64,000 nt of DNA, taken from positions 672,001-736,000 of the forward strand of contig CAVSHR010000004.1 in NCBI GenBank assembly GCA_963727625.1, in the 5' to 3' direction. The DNA comes from an uncultured delta proteobacterium (GTDB taxonomy: Bacteria; Desulfobacterota; Binatia; UBA9968). Below, one piece after another: positions 19,856 to 28,650 of the stretch. The notes beneath the pieces are model-generated. The model was not told the DNA's origin. It did not search any database and saw only the letters and a program-made list of their open reading frames with translations. The first letter of the stretch is position 1, and each line of letters begins with the position of its first letter. Made by a program: the position numbers and the translations under genes.

Positions 19856-20347
19856 ATGGCTAAACAGCTCAAACCCGGCGACGCTTTTCCCAACTATACT
19901 GTACCGATCACGGACGGACGGACGATGACTTTCCCCGCCGATCTCAGTGGCGAATACGCGGTGATTATTTTCTACCGCGGCATCTGGTGACCCTACTGCG
20001 TTCGGCAGGTTGCCGATTTCCAAGCGCACATCGATGAATTCAAAAATGAGAACGCCGACGTGATCGCTCTATCCGTCGATCCGTTGGACAAGGCCAAGGA
20101 GATGGTCGAGCGCACCGGTGCGACTTTTCCCATCGGGTACGGGCTAAAAGTACCGGAAGATGCCGACAAGGTCGGCGCCTACTGGGAAGAGCGCCGCGGC
20201 ATCTTTCACGCAACCAACTTCACGATCGACTCCAACGGCAAGGTGCTGCAGGCTTGTTTCGCCACCGGTCCAATCGGACGCATCACCGCAGCCGACGCGC
20301 TGAGCTCGATCCGCGGAACTAAGAGAAGAAAAGCCCAAGGCGGGTAG
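19856..20347 (+). CDS. AhpC/TSA peroxiredoxin-like selenoprotein (UxxC; TGA 19988-19990 = Sec45)
   Basis: MAKQLKPGDAFPNYTVPITDGRTMTFPADLSGEYAVIIFYRGIW-U-PYCVRQVADFQAHIDEF...VIALSVD is in frame with ORF 20060..20347; AAGGA RBS. Confidence 0.9.
19991..20030 (+). promoter_or_regulatory. Bacterial SECIS-like hairpin
   Basis: 11-nt spacer after TGA, then TCGGC-AGGTT-GCCGA (20002-20016); possible lower stem TGCGTT/AGCGCA. Confidence 0.75.
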
Positions 20348-20358
20348 TCGGAAACGAT

Positions 20359-21405
20359 TTACAATCCGTGCCCGGCGACTTCAGCAATTATCCCAAGCGC
20401 CACTTCGATGTCACCCCGCTTTATATCGAGGTGGGTGACCATTCGTACGCGCCGCGCGTCAACAGCTCCGCCGAGAACCTTCCGCTCGGCGAGCTGCTTC
20501 AGAAACGCCTGAGCGCTCCGCTCGGTTGCGCTGACGTCGAAGATCACGATGTTGGTTTGGACTTTTTCCGGCGCGATTCTGATCCCCGGAATTTCCGCCA
20601 ATCCCCGGGCCAACCGTTGCGCATTGTCGTGATCGATGTGCAGCCGCTTGGGCCCCTCTTCCAAAGCGACCCGTGCCGCGGCGGCCAGAACCCCAACCTG
20701 GCGCATGCCTCCGCCGAGCATTTTTCGAATCGCCCGGCAGCATTCGATCAATTCCTTCGACCCGACCACCATCGAGCCCACCGGTGCGCCGAGCCCTTTG
20801 CTGAAGCAGAACTGCACCGAGTCGAATTTTTGGGTCATCTCCGCGACACGTTCGTTTAAATACACCGCGGCATTGAAGACCCGAGCACCGTCGAGGTGAA
20901 CTTTCAGAGCCGCTTCGTGCGCTTTGTCGCAGATCTGGTGCGCTAGGTGGGTCGGGTAGACGGTGCCGCCCGCCATGTTGTGGGAGTTTTCCAGAGCCAC
21001 CAGAGCGGTCTGCGGCCTAGAGTAGGATTTCTCGCGGATAGCTGGCGCGATCTGCTGCCACGACAGGATACCGTCTTCGCCGGCAACGACCCGCGGCAAT
21101 ACTCCGCCCAGCGCCGACATGGAAGCCATCTCGTAGTTGTAAATATGGCCAGCCGATTCACAGATGACTTCCTGTCCCCGCGCGGCCTGCGCCATGATGC
21201 AGGTAAGGTTGCCCATGCTGCCCGATGGCACGAACAATCCGGCTTCGCGGCCGAAGATCTCCGCCGCGCGATCCTGCAACCGATTCACCGTCGGATCTTC
21301 GAGGTAAACATCGTCGCCGACCTCGGCCTGCGCCATTGCCCTTCGCATCGCCGGCGACGGCTTGGTCACGGTATCGCTACGAAGATCGATGATTTTATCG
21401 CTCAT
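20359..21405 (-). CDS. ltaE: Low-specificity L-threonine aldolase
   Basis: IDLRSDTVTKP, GDDVYLEDPTV, HLDGARVFNAA, CFSKGLGAPVGS. Confidence 0.95.
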   Translation of the reverse strand: MSDKIIDLRSDTVTKPSPAMRRAMAQAEVGDDVYLEDPTVNRLQDRAAEIFGREAGLFVPSGSMGNLTCIMAQAARGQEVICESAGHIYNYEMASMSALGGVLPRVVAGEDGILSWQQIAPAIREKSYSRPQTALVALENSHNMAGGTVYPTHLAHQICDKAHEAALKVHLDGARVFNAAVYLNERVAEMTQKFDSVQFCFSKGLGAPVGSMVVGSKELIECCRAIRKMLGGGMRQVGVLAAAARVALEEGPKRLHIDHDNAQRLARGLAEIPGIRIAPEKVQTNIVIFDVSATERSAQAFLKQLAERKVLGGAVDARRVRMVTHLDIKRGDIEVALGIIAEVAGHGL

Positions 21406-21483
21406 GCTTCTTCGTTAATGGCCAGGCTGTTTTTGGCAACGCCCTTCAACCACCGCTCCGCTTCATTGTAAGTTGTAAAAAAG

Positions 21484-21511
21484 CGGATTTCTCGCTGCGC
21501 TCGCAATGACA
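21484..21511. repeat. Half REP element (GATT..TCGC...CGCAATGACA)
   Basis: CGGATTTCTCGCTGCGCTCGCAATGACA, similar to 25981-26010. Confidence 0.5.
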
Positions 21512-21550
21512 CTCCATATCAATCACATTTAGCTCTCGGCCATTCCGTCC

Positions 21551-21580
21551 TTGAACGTTTGAACCTTGAACCCTTTAACG
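21551..21580. repeat. TTGAAC short tandem array
   Basis: TTGAACGT TTGAACC TTGAACCC TTTAACG. Confidence 0.65.
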
Positions 21581-21581
21581 A

Positions 21582-22334
21582 TTATTCCAAACGCCCTTCT
21601 ATCTCCTGAATCGTCTCCGCGCTGAGCGACGGCCGCACAAACGCATTGTAGATACAGTCGTTTTGCAGCCACATGATGTCGGCGCGCTGCTCCACCGCCT
21701 CGCGCATTTCCTGTTGTAGCTTCGCTTCCATGCAATGTCGCTTGATCACGTCGATGACCATATTGCCGTGGCCTTCATCGTGGTACTCGTGAGCGCGGAA
21801 AAAGTCCAAACAGGTCGTCGGGATCCACGGATAGTATTTCTCCAGCGCCTCCCGCTCTTCCTTCATGCGCTTGGGGCCGCCCCCCTCGAAAACCAAGCCG
21901 GTGCCGATCGCCACCGCCCAGTGGCTCTGTTGCACCAGAGACACGTACATCTCCAACGCGGCGCGAATTCCGGGCAACGGCTCGTAGGTGAGAATATCGT
22001 CTCGGCCGATACCGATGCCTACGGCAAACTCCACCCAGAGATCGCGGTGGCTCGGATATTTTCCGCCGAAAAGATCCTCGCCCTCTTCCTCCACCATGTT
22101 TTCCAGGAGCATGCGGCGCAGCTCCGGAATCGGACACTTTTGATACCGAATACCAAAGAAGCGATGAATATTGCGAAACTCATGGAACTGGTTTCTCGCC
22201 CAGCCTTGGAGTTGATCCTTGGTCAGCCGACCGCTCAGCAACAGTTGGCGCACCCGATGGGGCCTCGGGCGGCGATGCTGTAAGGTATGCTGCAAATCCG
22301 CGATGAGCTCTTCCGGCCCGAGCAAACCGACCAT
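21582..22334 (-). CDS. PqqC/CADD-like heme-oxygenase-like diiron oxidase
   Basis: GRLTKDQLQGWARNQF, ENMVEEEG...PSHRDLW, FE, FFRAHEYHDEGH; GGAGGA RBS before ATG 22334. Confidence 0.85.
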   Translation of the reverse strand: MVGLLGPEELIADLQHTLQHRRPRPHRVRQLLLSGRLTKDQLQGWARNQFHEFRNIHRFFGIRYQKCPIPELRRMLLENMVEEEGEDLFGGKYPSHRDLWVEFAVGIGIGRDDILTYEPLPGIRAALEMYVSLVQQSHWAVAIGTGLVFEGGGPKRMKEEREALEKYYPWIPTTCLDFFRAHEYHDEGHGNMVIDVIKRHCMEAKLQQEMREAVEQRADIMWLQNDCIYNAFVRPSLSAETIQEIEGRLE

Positions 22335-22460
22335 AAGTCCTCCCACGTCAATGCGCCCGACGGCGCCCGATTTTTCTGCCCGCATGATAGCCAAGTTCTC
22401 CTCGCCGCGCCAGCTTGGTTTCATCTTGTTTTTTTAAAGCGCCTCAACTAGCATGGCTGG

Positions 22461-23219
22461 GTGGTGTCCGTCTCATTACGCAGACTCACGAAGAAGTTCG
22501 GCTCGGTGACCGCCGTCGACAACGCCAACCTGGACGTCAACGCCGGTGCGTTTCTCGTCATCGTCGGCGAGAGCGGCTGCGGCAAAACGACCATCCTCCG
22601 TTTGATCGCCGGTCTGGAAACACTCGATAACGGGACAATATTCATCAACGGCGAGCGGGTCAACGACGTGCCGGTGGGCCAGCGCGGCGTGCAGATGATT
22701 TTTCAAAATTTCGCGCTCTGGCCGCATATGAAAGTTTTCGATGAGCAGCGCTACTCCAATCTGACTTTGCCGCTGCGCGTGAGAAAATGGTCGAAGGACA
22801 GAATCGCTGAGTTTCTCCGCCCTCTCGCCTGGAAAATCGGCATTGAGGAAAGTTTTTTCAAACGCAAACCGACCGAGCTTTCGGGCGGCCAGCAGCAGCG
22901 CGTCGCGCTCGGCCGCGCTATGGTCACCTCACCGCGCGTCATGTTGATGGACGAGCCGCTCAGCAACATCGATCCGCCCAATCGTCTAAAAATGCGCCAG
23001 GAGATCAAGGCCTTTCACAAAGAAAACCGTTTAACCACGCTTTACGTCACGCACAATCTCGCCGACGGGATCGCCCTGGCCGACCGCATTGCCGTGATGC
23101 ATGAAGGCCGATTCGAGCAGGTCGATACGGCGGAAAACTTGATGCGCCACCCGGCCAACGAGTATGTCGCGGATTTCTTCAAAGCCGATCAATTCAGCTT
23201 CAAGCTCGCCGCCCCTTAA
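22461..23219 (+). CDS. ABC ATP-binding protein (MalK/PotA-like core, no TOBE tail)
   Basis: GESGCGKTT, FQNFALWPHM, LSGGQQQRVALGRA, MDEPLSN. Confidence 0.88.
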   Translation: MVSVSLRRLTKKFGSVTAVDNANLDVNAGAFLVIVGESGCGKTTILRLIAGLETLDNGTIFINGERVNDVPVGQRGVQMIFQNFALWPHMKVFDEQRYSNLTLPLRVRKWSKDRIAEFLRPLAWKIGIEESFFKRKPTELSGGQQQRVALGRAMVTSPRVMLMDEPLSNIDPPNRLKMRQEIKAFHKENRLTTLYVTHNLADGIALADRIAVMHEGRFEQVDTAENLMRHPANEYVADFFKADQFSFKLAAP

Positions 23220-23228
23220 GAGACGGAC

Positions 23229-24014
23229 ATGCAGCGCGGGCTAATTTTATGGATCATCTTGCTGACTTTCGGGACCGCCGCGCCGGCCCATTCCGCCTGT
23301 CGCGAGCTCGATGTCGCGCGCGCCTGGTCTCGCCCGGCCTACGCCGCCGACATCGATGCGACCATCGAATTCTTCGGCCATAATTTCTTTCAGATCACTT
23401 CGAGCAAAGGCACGAAAATCATCACCGACCCGGTGGCGCCAGGTTTCTACCCGACGCCCGAAGTGACGCCGGACGCCATTACCGTCGGCAGGGAACACCC
23501 CAATCATAACTTCGTGGAAATCGCGAAAAACAAGCCGGTGATTTTGCGCGGCCTAAGCAACTATGGCGCGGCATGGAACAAGATCAGCACCACGGTGGGC
23601 GATGTGTTGATCTACAGCGTGCCGGTCTATCAGCAGCAGTTCGGCAATGCGCTCAAAGGCGCGGCCTTCGTCTTCGACCTGGGAACCTTGTGCATCGCCC
23701 ATCTGGGCGACCTGAGCCACAAACTGACCGAAGCACAGATCAAAGCGTTTGGCAAGGTGGATATCGCCATGATTCCCATCGGCGGCAGCTTCACCATGCC
23801 CCCCGATACGGCGCGGGAAGTTTTAAACCAGCTGAAACCCAAGATCGCCATTCCGATGCATTACCGGGAGAGCACCTATTTACTGGATATGTTTGTGAAG
23901 GGGTATCCGCACAAATATCTCGACACATACAAGATGACCTTCAGCAAGCCCGCCTTGCCACCGACGACGCAGATCGTCGTGTTCACGCCCTGGGGCATGA
24001 GAGACTACCGATAA
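23229..24014 (+). CDS. Exported MBL-fold metallo-hydrolase (Lactamase_B_3-like)
   Basis: Signal peptide; FFGHNFF, IITDP, EHPNHN, HLGDL, IPMHY. Confidence 0.8.
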   Translation: MQRGLILWIILLTFGTAAPAHSACRELDVARAWSRPAYAADIDATIEFFGHNFFQITSSKGTKIITDPVAPGFYPTPEVTPDAITVGREHPNHNFVEIAKNKPVILRGLSNYGAAWNKISTTVGDVLIYSVPVYQQQFGNALKGAAFVFDLGTLCIAHLGDLSHKLTEAQIKAFGKVDIAMIPIGGSFTMPPDTAREVLNQLKPKIAIPMHYRESTYLLDMFVKGYPHKYLDTYKMTFSKPALPPTTQIVVFTPWGMRDYR

Positions 24015-24085
24015 GGATGTTGGGGCACTGGAGTTTTGTTCCAATCGATCAGCGATTCCGAAACATTCTCCTTGCGCGCTTCACG

Positions 24086-25075
24086 CTAAATCTTAAAGGC
24101 TTCGATCGTTTCGCGAGCGAACAGCTCATCGAGATTGAGTCGTTGCTTGATCAATCCCTGCTCGAAGAGATAGCCATGAAGGGTTTCTAAATTTTTTCGA
24201 TTGGGCTCGACGCCGTAGGGCCAGTAGTCGGCAGTCATCAAATCGCGCGTGTCTTCGTATTCTGCCGAGGTCCAGGGCAAGCTCACGCGCAGAATATTGG
24301 TATCGTAGAGCTCGCGCATGCAAATCTCTTTCGCCTCGCAAAAAGCTTTGTAAAGCGTCTGAGCCACCCAGGGCTCTTTTTCGTAGATCGACCGTTTGAT
24401 CACAATCACATGCATGATCGGAAACAGCCCGGTCTTATTGAAATACTCCATTTCCGCCTGGCGATATTTCGGAAAAAGGCGTTTCACCTTCGGAGAGCCC
24501 TGAAGAAAGCAGGTGGGCATGCGCGGCGACATCATGGCGGCGATCTCACCGCTCTCGATCATGGCGTTGAGCGTCGTGTCGGGGCGGCTTTCGAGGGTCA
24601 CGCCGGCAGGCATTTCGAAATCGACCCGGTCCTTGCGCCCCGGATGTTCCTCACCCGCCTGCACCCAGTGAATCTCGCTCGGCGGCACGCCGTACTCATG
24701 CTCGAACATGCCGCGCAGCCACACCGCCGCAGTCATGGAATATTCCGGCACGCCCATGCGCTTGCCACGCACATCTTGAATCGACTTGATGCTCGAATCC
24801 GTATTCACAAAAATACAGCGATGGCGAAAAGTTCGCGATGGAAAGACCGGGATGGCGACAAAAGGGCGCCGACCGCGCGACGCCGCCGTAAGGAAGGCGC
24901 CCATCGACAGTTCCGAGACGTCGAACTCCTCGTACTTCATCATGCGCCAGAAGATTTCTTCCACCGACATGACCAGGTAGTTGAGATCGATGCCCTCCGG
25001 CTTGACGATGCCCTCTTTGAGCGGCCGGGTGCGGTCGTAGTCCTCGCACGCCAGGGTCAATTGTAGATTTTTCAT
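24086..25075 (-). CDS. 4,5-dihydroxyphthalate decarboxylase-like (periplasmic-binding-fold) protein
   Basis: LTLACEDYDRT, FDVSELS, PVFPSRTFRH, GVPEYSMTAAVWLRG, FPIMH, WPYGVEPNR. Confidence 0.85.
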   Translation of the reverse strand: MKNLQLTLACEDYDRTRPLKEGIVKPEGIDLNYLVMSVEEIFWRMMKYEEFDVSELSMGAFLTAASRGRRPFVAIPVFPSRTFRHRCIFVNTDSSIKSIQDVRGKRMGVPEYSMTAAVWLRGMFEHEYGVPPSEIHWVQAGEEHPGRKDRVDFEMPAGVTLESRPDTTLNAMIESGEIAAMMSPRMPTCFLQGSPKVKRLFPKYRQAEMEYFNKTGLFPIMHVIVIKRSIYEKEPWVAQTLYKAFCEAKEICMRELYDTNILRVSLPWTSAEYEDTRDLMTADYWPYGVEPNRKNLETLHGYLFEQGLIKQRLNLDELFARETIEAFKI

Positions 25076-25740
25076 TTGCGGCTCTTCTTTGCCGCGCTTT
25101 TCTTTACTCGCGCGCTCGCCACGAGCTTGACGAATTTGTGAATCTCTTTAATAAAACTTTTCTTGCCCCTTTTCGCCAATAAATTTTCCAAGTAGGCACT
25201 GCCGAGGCAAATGCCCGTAACGCCGACGGCAACGTAGTCGGCGACGTTTTTCAAGCTCACCCCGCCCGAGACCATGAAGCGCGCGTCAGGAAACGGCCCT
25301 TGCATCTGCCGGATGAAGTACGGCCCACCGGCGAGATCGGCAGGAAAAATTTTGATCAGGTCGGCGTGGGCGCGCTGCGCCGCGATGATATCAGTCGGCG
25401 TCGCCGCCCCGGGAAAGCAGGCGATGTTGGCCGTGTGACAGAGGCCGATCAGATTCAGCTCCAGCGAGGGTGAAACCACAAACTCGGCGCCCGCGCCGAT
25501 TGCGCGCTCGGCCTGCTGCGGCGCCAGTACTGTACCGGCACCAACGTGGATATTCTTCCGCGCCGCTAATTCCTTGATGACATCGAGGGCCCCCGGCACG
25601 CTGAAGGTGATCTCGATGAACTTAATGCCACCCTCGGCCGACGCGTGCGCCAAAGCCAGCGCGTCATCCGCGCTCTTGGAGCGTATAACGGCAACCAAGC
25701 GGTGCTGGTACAGTTCGTTAGTTAGCTTGATTCGATCCAA
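25072..25740 (-). CDS. eda: KDPG/KHG aldolase
   Basis: VAVIR, IEITF, VGAGTVL, FVVSP, PGAATPT, KIFPA, SGGV. Confidence 0.88.
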   Translation of the reverse strand: MDRIKLTNELYQHRLVAVIRSKSADDALALAHASAEGGIKFIEITFSVPGALDVIKELAARKNIHVGAGTVLAPQQAERAIGAGAEFVVSPSLELNLIGLCHTANIACFPGAATPTDIIAAQRAHADLIKIFPADLAGGPYFIRQMQGPFPDARFMVSGGVSLKNVADYVAVGVTGICLGSAYLENLLAKRGKKSFIKEIHKFVKLVASARVKKSAAKKSRK

Positions 25741-25890
25741 TGAAAGATTAAACTCCCTTCTTTCCTATGGAGATAAAAGCATCCGTTCCTGCGCCAGCTT
25801 TTTCGCCCTCTTAGGTGAGGAATTTGATCGGCAGTCCCGATTCCCCTTCTCTTGCAAGAGACACTTGTGCAATTCCAGATTTCACCTGAG

Positions 25891-26010
25891 TGCCATCCTG
25901 AGCGCCAGCGAAGGATCTGCTTTTGTCCAAGCCGTGTTGACTACTCCTTTCCACGCTTGGACCGAAGCAACAAGCAAAAGCGGATTCTTCGGCTACGCCT
26001 CAGAAGGACA
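25891..26010. repeat. REP-like doublet (TGYCATCCTGAG...GAAGGATCT / GATTCTTCG...CTCAGAAGGACA)
   Basis: Left arm TGCCATCCTGAGCGCCAGCGAAGGATCT; inverted right arm GGATTCTTCGGCTACGCCTCAGAAGGACA. Confidence 0.65.
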
Positions 26011-26062
26011 TTCCCCAACAGTTCCCGGCAACGAAGAAACAGGGCGAAAGCTCTATAAACGA

Positions 26063-26830
26063 CTAACTCAGACTCAACCCGCCATCCACGATCAGTGTCT
26101 GCCCGGTGACGAAGTCGCCGCCGGTGATCAATCCCAGAATCGCGCCCGCGATGTCCTCTGGAGTGGCGATGCGTTGCATCGGGTAGCCCGCGGCGGCTTT
26201 GCTGATCACCTGCCGGTATTCGCCACCGAAGTGCTGGCTCATCCACGGCGTGTCGGTAAACGCCGGCGCCACGCAGTTGACTCGCACCTTGGGCGCCATC
26301 GCCACCGCCAAGCCGCGCGTCATATAGATCAGCGCCGCTTTCGCCGTGCCATAGGCCAGGGACGACATGGTGGACGGCGCCAAAACACCGGAGATCGACG
26401 ATACGTTGACGATCATACCCGCGTTGGCTTCGAGCAGCCTCGCCGCCGCGCGCGCGCAGCGGAACGCGCCTTTGACATTGACGTCGAGAATCTCGTCCCA
26501 GATTTCATCGGTGAGCCCTTCGAGGTCCGAGAGCTTCACCCAGTGCGTCACGCCGGCGTTGTTGACGACGATATCGAGCCGGCCGAAATGGTCCTCAATC
26601 CTTTTCATCATCGCCCGCACCTGCGCGTCGCTCCGGATGTCGGCCTGGATCGCCTGCGCTTTGATGCCCGCGCGTTCGATCTCGACCGCCAAATCTTCGG
26701 CCTGTTTGGCGGACGTTCGGTAATTGATCACAATCCCCGCGATGCCGGCTTTCGCCAGGCTGCGCACCACCGCGCCGCCGATGCCACCAGCCCCGCCGGT
26801 TACCAATGCTACTCTCCCTTGAAGCTCCAT
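26063..26830 (-). CDS. SDR family oxidoreductase
   Basis: TGGAGGIG, NNAG, YGTAK. Confidence 0.92.
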   Translation of the reverse strand: MELQGRVALVTGGAGGIGGAVVRSLAKAGIAGIVINYRTSAKQAEDLAVEIERAGIKAQAIQADIRSDAQVRAMMKRIEDHFGRLDIVVNNAGVTHWVKLSDLEGLTDEIWDEILDVNVKGAFRCARAAARLLEANAGMIVNVSSISGVLAPSTMSSLAYGTAKAALIYMTRGLAVAMAPKVRVNCVAPAFTDTPWMSQHFGGEYRQVISKAAAGYPMQRIATPEDIAGAILGLITGGDFVTGQTLIVDGGLSLS

Positions 26831-26925
26831 AGGCTCGCTCCGCCCGTCCTTCACTACATTCCAGATTTCAAATTACCCATTTCAGGTTCGTTCGAACTTT
26901 TGCATCCATAATCTTGGGATGCCTT

Positions 26926-28650
26926 TTACCGCCCGCTCCGAAGCTCTGTCGTTCGAGCATGATCGACAACCCAGTTTTCGGGTAGCCTGACCAATTCATC
27001 GGCTGTACCTTTGAAACTTACAGCCACCCCGTATCTCTTTTCGGCTTCCTCCGGTGTGATGTAACCCTCGATCACGTCCCAGCGAACCTTTTCGATATCG
27101 CGCTTGAGCGGATCGCCATAGCCGCCACCTCCCGGTAAATCAATGTGGACCACATCGCCCGCTTTAAGATCTATCAACGCTTTGGCATGCAACCGCATGC
27201 CGTTTTCCAGGCTCACCCCTCCCGTGGCCCCCGCTTGACCACCCAGCAGACCGGGCGCCGCATACTCGGTTCGATCAGCGATCGAGCTTACGCTCCATTT
27301 TCCCTCGCCGCGCCGGGCGAATTCGGTGAGTTGGCCGAGACCGCCGCGCCAGGTCCCGGGGCCGCCGGAATTGGCTCGCAGCTGACGCCGCTTTAACACG
27401 ACCGGCGATAAACTCTCGATCACTTCCGCTGGAACACCAGCGACGCCGCTGGGAAAACCGACGGCGTTCAAGCCATCCTTGGTCGGTCGCGCACCCGTGC
27501 CGCCCACTTGGAAAACCGTGAGTGTAAACGGCGGATTCTGGCCGCGCCACACGCTCAGCCAGATCGGATCGGCGCCCGGCGCCATCAGCCGTCCCGGCAG
27601 CGCGCCCGACAACGCTGCGAAGATTGCGCTCGGTATAAAATGGCCGATCACCTGCCGGCTCGCCACCGGCGCCGGATCCAACGCATTGAGAATACTGCCC
27701 GGCGGAGCGCTCACGTGCACCGGGCGAAAGCTGCCCTCGTTGTGCGGCACGTCCGGACAGATCGCCGCTTTGATCGCGAAGCTCGCGTAGGCATGGGTGT
27801 AGTTGAGCACGACGTTGATGCCGCGCGTGCTCTGCGGCGAAGAGCCGGTGAAGTCGATGAAGATCTCGTCGCCGGCAATCTTCACCGCACAACGCACGAC
27901 GATGGGCTCTTCAAAACCATCGCTCCAGGTTTCGTTGTGCCATTCGCCATCGGGGAGCCGTCGGATCTCGGTGCGCACAGCAGTCTCCGAGCGGCGAATA
28001 ATTTCGTCGGCGACCCCATCGATGGAATCGAGATCGAACTCATCCATCATTTCCAGCAGAGCCCGCCCGCCGGTTTCGTTGCACGCCGTCTGGGCGTAAA
28101 AATCGCCGACCACCTCGTCCGGCTGGCGGACATTAGAACGGACGATCTGCATGAGGATTTTATTCGGCTCGCCGGCGTCGAACAGTTTCATGATCGGGAT
28201 GCGCAACCCCTCCTCGAAAACTTCGCGCGCCTCGGCGGAAAGAATCCTGCCGCCGATATCAGCGCTGTGGCAAGTGTTGGCGAAGAGCGCGACCATTTTG
28301 CCATTGCGAAAGATCGGCGTGGTGATCGTGATGTCGTTGATCTGCCCCGCCGTCTGCCACGGGTCGTTGGTGATCAGCACGTCGCCCGGCGCAAGCTTGT
28401 CCGGCGGAAAGGCCGCGAGAAAATGTTTCATCGACGTCGCCATGGCATTGATATGCCCCGGCGTGCCGCTGAGCGACTGGGCAATCATCCGCCCCCTGGT
28501 GTCGAACAGGCCGCAAGCCAGATCCTGACTCTCGCGCACGATGGTGCTGAAGGCGGTGCGGATCAGCGTGTCCTGCTGCTCGTTGGCCACCGACATGAAG
28601 CGGTTCCAGATCACTTCCAAGGTTACCGGGTCGATCACTTCACTTTTCAT
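26926..28650 (-). CDS. hyuB: Hydantoinase B/oxoprolinase family
   Basis: DPVTLEVIWNR, AFSTIVRES, PGDVLITNDPW, HSADIGG, PGGGGYGDP. Confidence 0.93.
   Translation of the reverse strand: MKSEVIDPVTLEVIWNRFMSVANEQQDTLIRTAFSTIVRESQDLACGLFDTRGRMIAQSLSGTPGHINAMATSMKHFLAAFPPDKLAPGDVLITNDPWQTAGQINDITITTPIFRNGKMVALFANTCHSADIGGRILSAEAREVFEEGLRIPIMKLFDAGEPNKILMQIVRSNVRQPDEVVGDFYAQTACNETGGRALLEMMDEFDLDSIDGVADEIIRRSETAVRTEIRRLPDGEWHNETWSDGFEEPIVVRCAVKIAGDEIFIDFTGSSPQSTRGINVVLNYTHAYASFAIKAAICPDVPHNEGSFRPVHVSAPPGSILNALDPAPVASRQVIGHFIPSAIFAALSGALPGRLMAPGADPIWLSVWRGQNPPFTLTVFQVGGTGARPTKDGLNAVGFPSGVAGVPAEVIESLSPVVLKRRQLRANSGGPGTWRGGLGQLTEFARRGEGKWSVSSIADRTEYAAPGLLGGQAGATGGVSLENGMRLHAKALIDLKAGDVVHIDLPGGGGYGDPLKRDIEKVRWDVIEGYITPEEAEKRYGVAVSFKGTADELVRLPENWVVDHARTTELRSGR

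Noticed and set aside
21405-22460. PQQ or RiPP biosynthetic cluster around the PqqC-like gene
   Set aside because: No precursor peptide (ExxxY), radical SAM enzyme, PqqD or peptidase is adjacent.
25574-26911. Long plus-strand ORF (445 aa) and similar antisense ORFs (27508..28932, 7513..8481, 37730..38638, 59256..60149)
   Set aside because: These are shadow ORFs opposite well-supported genes in GC-rich DNA and show no recognisable motifs.
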